From assembly GCA_001938485.1 (NCBI GenBank), contig MQRK01183053.1, forward strand, positions 1-56,955: DNA of 56,955 bases, read 5' to 3'. The translations under genes and the position numbers were made by a program. The DNA comes from Girardia tigrina. Lineage: Eukaryota. Under the pieces are notes generated by a model. It was not told the DNA's origin. It made no database searches and worked only from the letters and a program-made list of their open reading frames with translations. Below are positions 1 through 12,435 of the stretch, one piece after another (positions within the stretch are counted from its first letter, which is position 1; each line of letters opens with the position of its first letter).

Positions 1-2072
1 AAATTATCAATTTAGAACGATGTCGAATGACGAGAGTTTTGCTGAGAGTTGTCCAAAAGACAATTCTGATTGTAATGAAAATAAAAGTTTGAAAAGCCAT
101 GTTGGTGTTCTTAATAGAATCGAAAGGTAGACCAAGTATAGAGTTCCGAATAAAGAATAAAAATGTCAATTGCCTGTTAGATACAGGAGCTCGAGTCAAC
201 GTTATTAAAGCAGAGATAATTAAAGATATGAAAGAGGTCAAGATCAAAAAAAACTAAAAGACGAATACATTGTGCGAATGATTCAGAACTTTTAAACTAT
301 GGTATTGTTCAACTTAAAGTGATAATTGAAAGAATGCAGAAAACAATGGATTTCTTTGTGGTCAAAGATTTAGATCCAGAAATGATTGCAGGAATAGATT
401 TATTGGACAAATTCAGGATTAAGTTAAAGAGAGAACCATCAAATACTAATAAGACAATACGAGACAATCCATCAGACGAGGATAGACTGAGGAGAATAAA
501 AGAGCAGTTTGAAAACAAAATTGACAACCAACTAATGGAACTTTTAACAGAATTTAAATTAATATTTATGGCCGACAAATGGGATATTGGAAGGACGTCA
601 CTGACCAAACACAAGATCGAAACGCNNNNNNNNNNNNNNNNNNNNNNNNNNNNNNNNNNNNNNNNNNNNNNNNNNNNNNNNNNNNNNNNNNNNNNNNNNN
701 NNNNNNNNNNNNNNNNNNNNNNNNNAAATGCAGTTCACCGTGGAATTTCCCTCTAGTTTGTGTTTGGAAAAAGGAGAAACAGGACATTCGAGTGTGTGTA
801 GATTTTCGACAATTGAATAAAATCACCGTAAGACCTGCATTTCCAATTCCGAATGTTGAGGAAATGTTGAATACACTAAATGGAGCAAAGTATTTTAGCA
901 CAATCGATTTAGGAAACGCATACCATCAAGTGGAACTTGAAGATGAATCAAAAGTCAAAACNNNNNNNNNNNNNNNNNNNNNNNNNNNNNNNNNNNNNNN
1001 NNNNNNNNNNNNNNNNNNNNNNNNNNNNNNNNNNNNNNNNNNNNNNNTTTTGGGTGAATTAAATTGGAAAGAGGCAGTTGTGTATTTAGACGATATTTTA
1101 ATTTTCGCAAAAGACAAGGAAGAACACCTCAAACGAATTGAACACGTATTTAGTAAAATAAAGCATCGGGTCTGAGAATTAATCCAGATAAATGTCATTT
1201 TTTGGTGGAAAAGACAAAGTTTTTGGGATATGTAATCAGCAGAGATAGCATAGAAACAGATCAGACAAAGATTGATGCGATTAGCAAGTTTCAGAATCCT
1301 TCATGTGTAAAACATTTGAGAAGCTTTTTAGGTTTAACGAACTATTACAGGAAATTCTTAAAAGATTACGCAAAGTATTCAAAAGTATTGGAAGGACTAT
1401 GCGGAAAGAATAAAGCAAAAAAGATAATATGAACGGAAGAATGTAACGAAGCGTTTCAAAAATTAAAGGAAAAGATGATCAATACACCAATACTAGCATA
1501 CCCAGATTTTGGAAAAGAATTCATATTGGACACAGACGGTAGTTTAGACACCATTGGCGCGGTGCTATCACAGAAAGATATATATATATGGAAGAGAAAG
1601 AGTGATTGCATATGGATCCCACAAAATGAACAAACATGAATTGGGATACTGTATTACGAGAAAGGAACTGCTGGCAATCTACTATTTTACACAACAGTTC
1701 AAGCACTATATGTACGGCAAGAAATTTCTATTAAGAACAGATCATAAAGTCATTACCTTTATGATGACGACAAAGAACCCAATCACTCCGCAATTTCAAA
1801 CTTGGATAAATTTTCTAAGCGGGTTAGATATGACAATGGAATACCGGAAAGGTGAAAAACACTCTAACGCCGATGCAATGTCGAGAAATTCCTGTGAAAT
1901 GTGTGTACAATGCCAAACTATGCATGAGGAAGCTAAGAAGGGTAAAGTTAAAACAAGAATCCTAGCGTTAGACGATGAATCGAAAGGATTCAAATGGCAG
2001 AAAGATAATGACGAGATAAAACAGATTAGATGTCAAAACTGGGAAAACAAAGAAATGGTTCCATGTACAAAA
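1..2072 (+). pseudogene. Ty3/Gypsy pol remnant (protease-RT-RNase H), gag deleted, integrase missing
   Basis: LLDTGA protease (~175), SSPWNFP..RVCVDFRQLN, YFSTIDLGNAYHQ, YLDD, FLGLTNYYRKF, LDTD and RKELLAI/LRTDH motifs, broken by frameshifts and stops. Same family as the minus-strand element at 40.5-46.5 kb. Confidence 0.93.
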
Positions 2073-3365
2073 TAGAACCAAATGTCACAGTAAGACGGGG
2101 TGGTGGTGTAACTACCGGCAATAGTTACGCCTATAAAAAACCACAACGCCCCAGGACAACTATGTCAACAAGGCGGCCGTGAATCGTCTCAAAAATTCGC
2201 AATCGCCATTATTTTATTCATGTTCGCTGTTATTCCGAATTTATTTATTCGTCAAGCGCTAATCGACGGGGAAATGATGAAGTAGATGATCGACACGGGG
2301 AGTAGTGCCACTCTTATTAGAAAATGTTGCATAAAGTCAAGAATCGAAGGAGTTAGAAACATGAACATGGTAGCGGTCAGCGGTAGGCAGGTAAATATCC
2401 TGGGTAAAGTGCATCAACATGAGATTTTATTTGGCGGTATGAACCTGGGGCCTGTTGGAGCAATTGTAGTTGAAAGACTGCCTGTATGTGTCGACATCTT
2501 AGTGGGAAACGATGTTATTCTCAAACGTGGACTGACAATACGGGTAGACGGTGATGATGTTTGTATAAAATTTGGCAGTAATGGAGCAAAACTGGAAGTT
2601 GTTAATGCAGCATCTGGAGTGAAAAGTGGAAGACATTTGCAGATAAAAGAGGATGATTTTGAATCTCAATGTGACGGAAGGTATTGGAGCACACGATGGA
2701 GATTTGCCGATGATCATACGGTTGGGAGAACCTCATGTGTCAATTATGACATTCCCAATGAAAATAAAGAGCCATTACAAGATGAAGTGAATGAGTGCAT
2801 AAGCGAAGGTGTTCTGGTAAAGTGGGATGAAAAGCGAGACGGGAAGATTCGTAACATGATACCGTTGATGGGAGTGCGGCAAGTCAAAGGCAAAACGACA
2901 CGAATACGGCCGGTATGAGACTACAGGTTACTGAACGTACAAATTCATAGCTATCCGGGAAGCAGATATGCCAGTTGCCAGTCACGATTACGGGAGTGGA
3001 GAAAATTGGAAGCCAACTGCGCTCTAATGGATTTAAAAAAGATTTACCTACAAATAAGGGTGGCTGATATTTCCAGATTTGTGGAAATATCAGGCCGATA
3101 TGTGGAATGGCGAAGTGTATGTGATGACCAAGTTAGGGTTTGGTCTATCCATTGCGCCAAAGGTCATGTCAAGAATAGTTGAAACGATTATCAAGTAAGA
3201 GCAGACGATAACTGCTTCTGGGTATATTGATGACGTGTTCATTGCGGAAAGTTCTTGTAATGGAGAGGATGTTGTAGGAATTTTTCGACGGTTTGGGTTG
3301 GAGTCTAAACCCATAGAACTGATTGGCTTCGACAAAGATGCCAGGGTGCTTGGACTGAGAAGCAC
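2073..3365 (+). pseudogene. LTR-retroelement protease-RT fragment (second lineage), inverted copy of 10462-11754
   Basis: MIDTGS aspartic protease in ORF 2286-2918, then DLKKIYLQIRV, LGFGLSIAPKVM and GYIDDVF RT motifs with stops. The ORF is identical to 10909-11541(-). Confidence 0.85.
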
Positions 3366-4083
3366 GTTATATAAAAATGACCATCCATAACCTCAGAAAA
3401 ATTTAAAAGAGGAAAATCGGTGATATTAATTACGTTATAATATAAAAGTTATCGTTAGCATATATTATAAAGAAACAGCAAATCAGTGTTCATCAATCAC
3501 CGGCGATTATTTTATCCTTGAAATGNNNNNNNNNNNNNNNNNNNNNNNNNNNNNNNNNNNNNNNNNNNNNNNNNNNNNNNNNNNNNNNNNNNNNNNNNNN
3601 NNNNNNNNNNNNNNNNNNNNNNNNNNNNNNNNNNNNNNNNNNNNNNNNNNNNNNNNNNNNNNNNNNNNNNNNNNNNNNNNNNNNNNNNNNNNNNNNNNNN
3701 NNNNNNNNNNNNNNNNNNNNNNNNNNNNNNNNNNNNNNNNNNNNNNNNNNNNNNNNNNNNNNNNNNNNNNNNNNNNNNNNNNNNNNNNNNNNNNNNNNNN
3801 NNNNNNNNNNNNNNNNNNNNNNNNNNNNNNNNNNNNNNNNNNNNNNNNNNNNNNNNNNNNNNNNNNNNNNNNNNNNNNNNNNNNNNNNNNNNNNNNNNNN
3901 NNNNNNNNNNNNNNNNNNNNNNNNNNNNNNNNNNNNNNNNNNNNNNNNNNNNNNNNNNNNNNNNNNNNNNNNNNNNNNNNNNNNNNNNNNNNNNNNNNNN
4001 NNNNNNNNNNNNNNNNNNNNNNNNNNNNNNNNNNNNNNNNNNNNNNNNNNNNNNNNNNNNNNNNNNNNNNNNNNNNNNNNNTC

Positions 4084-4449
4084 CTCCATATAATCGATAT
4101 ACTATATGGTGATTATCACATAAGTGTTTCAGATAAATGTGTACGAAGACATTTAATACTACTTTCAGAACAATACCGTAAGAGAACATCAGAGAAACAA
4201 GTATTAAGTCAAAATCAAGTTATAGGAAACAATACAATAAGTGAAGAACATGTTGCATTGATGGAATATTATATGAACAATAATCCTGTTGTCACATCAG
4301 AACAACTAGACGAAATGACCATTCATTTAAATGATCAATTACAAAGTGATTATCAAGTTCATGTTTCAGCGGAATGCGTACGGAAACATTTAATAAGACT
4401 TTCTGGAGAACGTCGAAAAAGTCTTAAATTAACGAAAGTAAATAAATAA
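4084..4449 (+). CDS. Tandem-HTH-repeat protein, copy 1 (type A; 5' end in N gap)
   Basis: Open frame LHIIDILYGDYHISVSDKCVRRHL...LKLTKVNK*, near-identical to the other four copies. Confidence 0.7.
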   Translation, partial: LHIIDILYGDYHISVSDKCVRRHLILLSEQYRKRTSEKQVLSQNQVIGNNTISEEHVALMEYYMNNNPVVTSEQLDEMTIHLNDQLQSDYQVHVSAECVRKHLIRLSGERRKSLKLTKVNK

Positions 4450-5979
4450 TGTGCTGTGAATAAAATAGAAAAATATTTTGCAGATTAATAAACATTTTTA
4501 TAATTAAAAAAAGATTAATAAAAAAATATTTTCATTTAATATTTTTCTAAACTTTTTATCATGTCTTCAAATATTAAATATTTATTAAACTGCAAATTTT
4601 TATTTATGTATAAAAATATAAATAAATAATGACAATATTTTGTAATTATAATTACTAACGGTATTAATAAATTTGATAAGAGTATTTTATAAGTTATTGA
4701 AACAGTTGTTTATCGTCATTTTAATATAAGTTACATCAAAATTGTCGTTAATTAAATCTGAAGATAATAATAGGAAATCTACTGAAATATATTACAATTA
4801 AAATAATATTTAATTTTATCAATATCATTAATAATTATAATTACAAAAAATTATCATTATTTATTTATATTCTTATATATCAAATTGGAAAAGACACTTG
4901 TTTGGACAGTAATTGACGGCTCACGAGAAACTCTTTCTCAATTCTCGGTTATATTTTATAATACTATGAAGTAATTTTGAAAATAAAATTTCATGATAAA
5001 ATTATATATTATTGTTATTATTATTATGATTATTAAACATTACAAAATATTTATTATATATTTTTTGGAATTTAAATTATCTATTGTAATTTTTATTATA
5101 ATATCCTCTCTCCATGTCGAAAGACGATAAAAATCAACATTGTTTGTGTTATATTTAATGACAAATACTGAAATTGTTATTGTTATTTTTAATTCATATT
5201 TAAATAAATGATTTAAGAGGTTCTTGGAACATCCATGGAATAATTTTTAAGAGTTACTCCAGACATCCAAACTTTATTGTGCAACACAAAAAAATTTTAA
5301 ATCTAATATTTAAACAAACTTATTTTTTTGCTTTATAAATCTTAAACCGATATAAATAAAAAATACTTATAATAATAATATTTGATTTTATAATTTAATT
5401 TTATAAATCAATTTTGAATGATGATAACATTTTAAAATATTTAATCGTTTCGTTTAATTTTATTAATTTTTAAAAATCATTAGACATAAAAATTGTACAT
5501 TTTAATTTTTATATTATATTTAAAGCTCTCAAAAAATTTTAATTAATAACAATTTAATTAGGATCTTCTTAATTTGAGTAATTTCTTTTTTTCAAACTTT
5601 ACATATTTAATTATATATCATTTTAAATTTGTATATATTTAATTTAACCTCATTTCAAAAATTTTCCTAACATTTTTAATTTCTTACAAATTATATGTTA
5701 ATTAAATGTAAAATTAAAAGAAAAATAAAATTTAACAATTAAATATAAAAAGAATTAAATAAAATAAAAATTTAATATAAAAAATTAATTATTTGATTTT
5801 TCTTCAACAAAAAAGACAATGTATTAAGGATTCGAGTTAATTAGCTGATTCGTGTGTGTATGTGTGTGTCAATCGTTTTGTTGAGTAGCTAGCGAATGAA
5901 ATGGATCATTCTGATTGTTTAACCAATCATTTATAGCATAATTTTGATTATAACTTTCTGTTAATATTTTTATCCGTTT

Positions 5980-6404
5980 GTTATTTTGATAAAGTAGAGT
6001 CAAATTAAATGTTTGAATTTTACGTCACAAATTTTGGGCCGTCTCCGTATTGTTTATATCAGAGGACAGTTGACTTAGTAATGGATGACTAAAGGTTGAT
6101 TGTGAGATTTGTCCGGGTATATGGGCTTAGTGAAATTTTGTGTAAAGGAAAACTGTATAAATTCATCCAAATTTGTGCACTTGATCAGAATTTTTTTTCA
6201 TTGAATAAATTTTATTGAAAATATTGTTTTGAACCTAGGTAAATTTTAGATTTTATTTCTTTTTTTTTAAGTTGATGGATGTTGGGAAACATCCTCAAGG
6301 CTGCCGATCTGTCGATAGATAACGGTAGGGGCTTATAGTTCCTGCCGATACTGTTGACGATCATTTATGGAATATGAACAAATTTCGAGGTAATTTGATG
6401 ACTG
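5980..6404. repeat. Inner inverted repeat, left arm (partner 7373-7797)
   Basis: ~425 bp near-perfect reverse complement, e.g. gtctccgtat at 6041 versus atacggagac at 7727. Confidence 0.92.
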
Positions 6405-6781
6405 ACTAAATGTATAAAAACATTTCAAATACATTCCAGAATCGTGCATATTGATATATTGTTGTCTGTTGATTAAAATTTTTCTTTAAAATCAGAACAA
6501 AATATTTAAATTGATTCCAAATAGAATTTCATCAACACTATAGATTAACGTCAGGTGCTTATAGTGCCTGCCGAGACTATTGACTATCTGGAAGTTTGAG
6601 GAAGTCCTTACCAAGTTTCATTTCTAGAAGCGATTTTGTTTCTCTCAGCCTCCATCAATTTTTTTGTGTTGTTTTTTTTAAATTGTTTTTCTTTCATTTG
6701 TAATCCACTCATCGTCATTCTTTAGCATGGATACAAAAATTAATTAAATAATTTAACAAATAAGTCAATTAAAATAAAAAA

Positions 6782-7301
6782 TAAATCAAATAAATCTGAA
6801 ACACAATTGGGTATGAAAGCAAATTTAGTTTACAAATATAAATGTCACAAGTGTGAATCCTTGTACATTGGAGAGACAAATCGTCACCTCCGCACTAGAA
6901 TTGCAGAACATACCCAATCAAGTAGAAAAAGCTCAATTTTGGACCACATAGTGAAATGTCATGGATCTCAAAGGAGGGTATTTGATAATGATTTTCGGGT
7001 TTTGATTAGTAACTTTGATCACAATTATGAAAGGACAATTACTGAAGCACTCTTGATAAAGTTTTGTAAACCAAGTCTAAATGTGCAAAGTGATTCGTCC
7101 AATTATATTAGAGTATTTTGACGTAACACACTGTGACGTAATGGTCATCTTTCTATATAAACAATAACTTTCTAATTAAATACAGAACTGAAGATGCCAC
7201 AAAAGTGGCGAAAGATGTTTTCCAATAAAAATTTAAATTAAAATTATGTTATTTTTGTTTAATGACTAAATTACCATTTGATTTAAAGAAATTAAATTTA
7301 T
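6782..7301 (+). mobile_element. 5'-truncated Penelope-like retroelement (GIY-YIG C-terminus plus pLTR) with 13-bp TSD
   Basis: ORF 6807-7121 has LVYKYKCHKC..YIGET.RHL.TR..EH..H...EAL.I...P.LN, the Penelope GIY-YIG with CCHH. TTAAAATAAAAAA occurs at 6769-6781 and 7302-7314, and the paralogous site near 29283 is empty. Confidence 0.85.
7185..7222 (+). ncRNA. Minimal type I hammerhead ribozyme motif (stem III probably degenerate)
   Basis: gaa-CTGAAGA-t-GCCAC-aaaa-GTGGC-GAAA-gatg-TT-ttc. It lies downstream of TATATAA (7154) and upstream of AATAAA. Confidence 0.7.
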
Positions 7302-7372
7302 TTAAAATAAAAAAGTGAAGAATATGTCTCTCTCAAAAAAAAGCACCTGACGTTAATCTATTTATAGATCGG

Positions 7373-7797
7373 CAGTCATCACATTACCTCGAAATCTGTT
7401 CATATTCTATAAATGATCGTCAACAGTATCGGCAGGAACTATAAGCCCCTACCGTTATATATCGACAGATCGGCAGCCTTGAGGATGTTTCCCAACATCC
7501 ATCAACTTCAAAAAAAAGAAATAAAATCTAAAATTTACCTAGGTTCAAAACAATATTTTCAATAAAATTTATTCAATGAAAAAAAATTCTGATCAAGTGC
7601 ACAAATTTGGATGAATTTATACAGTTTTCCTTTACACAAAATTTCACTAAGCCCATATACCCGGACAAATCTCACAATCAACCTTTAGTCATCCATTACT
7701 AAGTCAACTGTCCTCTGATATAAACAATACGGAGACGGCCCAAAATTTGTGACGTAAAATTCAAACATTTAATTTGACTGAACTTTATCAAAATAAC
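7373..7797. repeat. Inner inverted repeat, right arm
   Basis: Reverse complement of 5980-6404. Confidence 0.92.
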
Positions 7798-8413
7798 ATT
7801 AATATGGGAACGTATACAAAAAGGTTATTGACGTTAAAATTTGTTCATGTTGATGTTATTGTAGCTTTCAAAATGTTGACAGATATATACCCAAATGAAA
7901 TAGTTGAATTAATAAATTATTGGGAGGGTAATTATATTGGAAGAATTAGACGCAACCGTAGAGTAGTAACAATGTTTCCATTTAACGTTTGGGATATGTT
8001 TCGTAGAGTTAATGATGATTTGCCACATACAAATAATTCAGTTTAAAGTTGGCATAGAGCCTATCAACAAACTGTGGAGTGCCATCTCCCTCAATTTTTA
8101 AAATAGTGGAATATTTTAAAAAAGAACAACATCAAATGGAAATAGAATATAAACGTTTTCAAACCGGATTTCGACGATCAGAAGCTTCGAAAAACAAATA
8201 TGTAACCTTAAACAAACGGATAAAAATATTAACAGAAAGTTATAATCAAAATTATGCTATAAATTATCTAAAACGATTGTCATATATTCTGGAAATATAA
8301 TAAAATGTGTTATTTTTTTACTATTTTTCATTTTATTACTCTTATTTAAAACATTTTGTTGTTTTTGTTCTTGTTACAATTTTACAAGTCGTTGCGCGCT
8401 TTTGTCGGGGCGC
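7774..8413 (+). pseudogene. MULE (Mutator-like) transposase C-terminal fragment with probable element end
   Basis: YWEGNYIG...FPFNVW...LPHTNNSV*SWH...PSIFK resembles the MULE TNNxxExWH region. A GC-rich end gcgcgcttttgtcggggcgc lies at ~8394-8413, and an internally deleted copy is at ~28560-28884(-). Confidence 0.7.
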
Positions 8414-9477
8414 TATTATTTATATCATCATTATATTGTTTAAATCCCAAATAATATAAGTTTTACAAAAGAATTTTTATAAAAACTAAAAAGTCCTATA
8501 ATATTTGGGATTTAAACAATACAATATTAGTAGAAATAATGATACTTTCTGTTAAGAAATTGATTTTGAGTATGCTTCGAATAATTGATTATTTTTCTCA
8601 ACGAATTCGATTTTCCCCTTTGATGTCAAATCAAAACAACTCATCCATCTTTCAACCTTTATTAAAGAAACATCATTTTTTTACAGTTATTAACCTTTTT
8701 TTAATTTTGTACAATTATTTAGAACACCAATATGACTTTTAACATTTTATATAAAAGTACATGTTTGACTGTCCTTAGGAATATCTTGTGACGAATATCC
8801 ATGTCAAAGTTTTCGTACGATTGCATCATTTTAATTGATTATTGACTTGTAATTTTATTAACAGAGTAAATGGAGATTAAATTAACCAATAAAGTTTTTC
8901 TTCCAAATTGTGATGTATTTGTTTAAATCGGTTGTTTGCCGATTGAGATTTTAATTTCAAGTATAACTTGTGCGCTGTTCATTGTGTTGTTGTTACTCAA
9001 ATTTTATTAATTAAAAATTAAAATAAAATATAATTTATTTTAAAAAATAGTAATACAATTTATTTATTTAAAAATTTACTAGAAAAGAAATTTACGCAAA
9101 GTAAATAAATATCTACAGAGAAGAAAAAAGGGGGCAACCAAGATTTTAAATTTCTGAACAATTTTCGTTAAGTCTGAAGATAATAATAAGAAATCTACTG
9201 AAATATATTACAATTAAAATAATATTTAATTTCAATAATATCATTAATAATTAAAGTTATAAAAATTATCATTGGAATTTTATATTTTTATACATAAATA
9301 AAAAATTGTAGTTTAATAAATATTTAATATTTGAAGACATGATAAAGAGTTTAGAAAATAATTCTATTCGAAAAATATTTTCTACAATAATATTTATTTT
9401 AAATAAAAATGATTTTAAAAAATATGTAAAATCGTTTAATAATTTGCAAAATATTTTACTATTTTATTCACAGCACA

Positions 9478-9957
9478 TTATTTATTTACTTTCGTTAATT
9501 TAAGACGTTTTCGACGTTCTGCAGAAAGTCTTATTAAATGTTTCCGTACGCATTCCGCTGAGACATGAACTTGATAATCACTTTGTAATTGATCATTTAA
9601 ATGAATGGTCATTTCGTCTAATTGTTCTGATGTGACAACAGGATTATTGTTCATATAATATTCCATCAATGCAACATGTTCTTCACTTATTATATTGTTT
9701 CCTCTAACTTGATTTTGACTTAATACTTGTTTCTCTGATGTTCTCTTACGGTATTGTTCTGAAAGTAGTATTAAATGTCTTCGTACACATTTATCTGAAA
9801 CACTTATGTGATAATCACCATATAGTATATCGATTATATGGAGGACCATTTCGTCTAATTGTTTTGATGTTACAACAGGATTATTTGTACAATAATATTC
9901 CATTAAGGAGAGATGTTCTTCTTTTAGATTACAATTTTGACAACTCTGAATATTCAT
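9478..9957 (-). CDS. Tandem-HTH-repeat protein, copy 2 (type A, 159 aa)
   Basis: Intact ATG-to-stop ORF with two ~55-aa repeats EEH..LMEYY..NNPVVTS.QLDEM......VS..CVR.HL. Confidence 0.75.
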   Translation of the reverse strand: MNIQSCQNCNLKEEHLSLMEYYCTNNPVVTSKQLDEMVLHIIDILYGDYHISVSDKCVRRHLILLSEQYRKRTSEKQVLSQNQVRGNNIISEEHVALMEYYMNNNPVVTSEQLDEMTIHLNDQLQSDYQVHVSAECVRKHLIRLSAERRKRLKLTKVNK

Positions 9958-10461
9958 AATATTACTTTTAGTTTTTAATATAGAAAACGTTTGAAATAAC
10001 TAATAGACTTGTTATAAAGTTTAATTTATTACAATATTAAATGGGAATGATAATTTTTAATAAAATAATAAATAATATTCTCATTGGATAAAAATGAAGT
10101 GAAATGTTTCTATGTTGAACTATGGAATAATTAGCTGATAAATGAAATTGAATTCTTAATGGGGTGTGATGAGAAGGATGAAAATTCTTCAATATTATGT
10201 GTTGATTAATTGAGTGTTTACCTTTACTTACGGACTCTTCATTCTTTTACTATCAGTATTTTTGATGTTACTTCACCACGGTCATAATGTCGCCGGTCAA
10301 GCATTTCAAGGATAAAATAATCGCCGGTGATTGATGAACACTGATTTGCTGTTTCTTTATAATATATGCTAACGATAACTTTTATATTATAACGTAATTA
10401 ATATCACCGATTTTCCTCTTTTAAATTTTTCTGAGGTTATGGATGGTCATTTTTATATAAC

Positions 10462-12435
10462 GTGCTTCTCAGTCCAAGCACCCTGGCATCTTTGTCGAAG
10501 CCAATCAGTTCTATGGGTTTAGACTCCAACCCAAACCGTCGAAAAATTCCTACAACATCCTCTCCATTACAAGAACTTTCCGCAATGAACACGTCATCAA
10601 TATACCCAGAAGCAGTTATCGTCTGCTCTTACTTGATAATCGTTTCAACTATTCTTGACATGACCTTTGGCGCAATGGATAGACCAAACCCTAACTTGGT
10701 CATCACATACACTTCGCCATTCCACATATCGGCCTGATATTTCCACAAATCTGGAAATATCAGCCACCCTTATTTGTAGGTAAATCTTTTTTAAATCCAT
10801 TAGAGCGCAGTTGGCTTCCAATTTTCTCCACTCCCGTAATCGTGACTGGCAACTGGCATATCTGCTTCCCGGATAGCTATGAATTTGTACGTTCAGTAAC
10901 CTGTAGTCTCATACCGGCCGTATTCGTGTCGTTTTGCCTTTGACTTGCCGCACTCCCATCAACGGTATCATGTTACGAATCTTCCCGTCTCGCTTTTCAT
11001 CCCACTTTACCAGAACACCTTCGCTTATGCACTCATTCACTTCATCTTGTAATGGCTCTTTATTTTCATTGGGAATGTCATAATTGACACATGAGGTTCT
11101 CCCAACCGTATGATCATCGGCAAATCTCCATCGTGTGCTCCAATACCTTCCGTCACATTGAGATTCAAAATCATCCTCTTTTATCTGCAAATGTCTTCCA
11201 CTTTTCACTCCAGATGCTGCATTAACAACTTCCAGTTTTGCTCCATTACTGCCAAATTTTATACAAACATCATCACCGTCTACCCGTATTGTCAGTCCAC
11301 GTTTGAGAATAACATCGTTTCCCACTAAGATGTCGACACATACAGGCAGTCTTTCAACTACAATTGCTCCAACAGGCCCCAGGTTCATACCGCCAAATAA
11401 AATCTCATGTTGATGCACTTTACCCAGGATATTTACCTGCCTACCGCTGACCGCTACCATGTTCATGTTTCTAACTCCTTCGATTCTTGACTTTATGCAA
11501 CATTTTCTAATAAGAGTGGCACTACTCCCCGTGTCGATCATCTACTTCATCATTTCCCCGTCGATTAGCGCTTGACGAATAAATAAATTCGGAATAACAG
11601 CGAACATGAATAAAATAATGGCGATTGCGAATTTTTGAGACGATTCACGGCCGCCTTGTTGACATAGTTGTCCTGGGGCGTTGTGGTTTTTTATAGGCGT
11701 AACTATTGCCGGTAGTTACACCACCACCCCCTCTTACTTTGACATTTGGTACTACACCATTTACTGGGGAGAGGTTGGACAAGTGACCTTCTCCCCTCTG
11801 TCGTTTCCCGACATGTTCTAGTTTGCTTTTATATGGTCGACTTCTCCGCATTTAAAGCATTTAACCCTACACGTCTTCTGCGTGTGTCCAAGTCAATTAC
11901 AACCAATACATCGAAATTTACTGTTGGTCGCCGCAATCCCTTTTTGATGATGTTGATGAGGTGATATCTTTTTGGCCAAGTTCACCACACTCTTGAACGT
12001 GAATTCGACGTCCAATCTTGGCTGCACCTTTTTCTTTAATTGATCCGGTAAACTGTGAATAAATGTCATTGCACAAAACGCATCGATCAGAACCTGGTCC
12101 CCATCAACGGTCCGTATCAGCTAATTGATCTCGGCCGCCGACACGTTCAATCTGTCACCCGGGAGAATCTTTTTTTGACCAAGCAACAGCCATGCGTCAA
12201 ATCTCCCCAAACAAAACACTGGGCGCAACTCAACTTTGATTTCCTTGGCATATCTCTGTTGATCCAGCGATAAGCCCTTCCACGTGTCGTATGCCGGCCA
12301 GTCCAACAGCATGACCAAGCATGAGACTTGTTTATCCATTACCCTATCTACCTCGATGGCAAACTCGAATCTGTAGATCCAACGTTCGACGTCCTCCTTA
12401 CCATAAAATTTCTTCAAGTTACTGATTGCTTTCAT
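10462..12435 (-). pseudogene. LTR-retroelement gag-protease-RT remnant (second lineage)
   Basis: Gag-like start MKAISNLKKFYGKEDVERWIYRFE, broken zinc knuckle CFKCGEVDH (~11830-11860), MIDTGS protease and YIDD RT, truncated at the 3' end. Confidence 0.82.

Larger units (their letters stand above)
2073..4620. repeat. Left outer arm of large inverted duplication (partner ~9290-11754)
   Basis: 2099-3525 reads as the reverse complement of 10302-11728, with identical ORF translations. The gene at 4084-4449 mirrors 9478-9845. Confidence 0.92.

Noticed and set aside
3493-4093. Long ORFs made of X in the ORF track (also 24483-25451)
   Set aside because: They are artefacts of N gaps and carry no sequence evidence.
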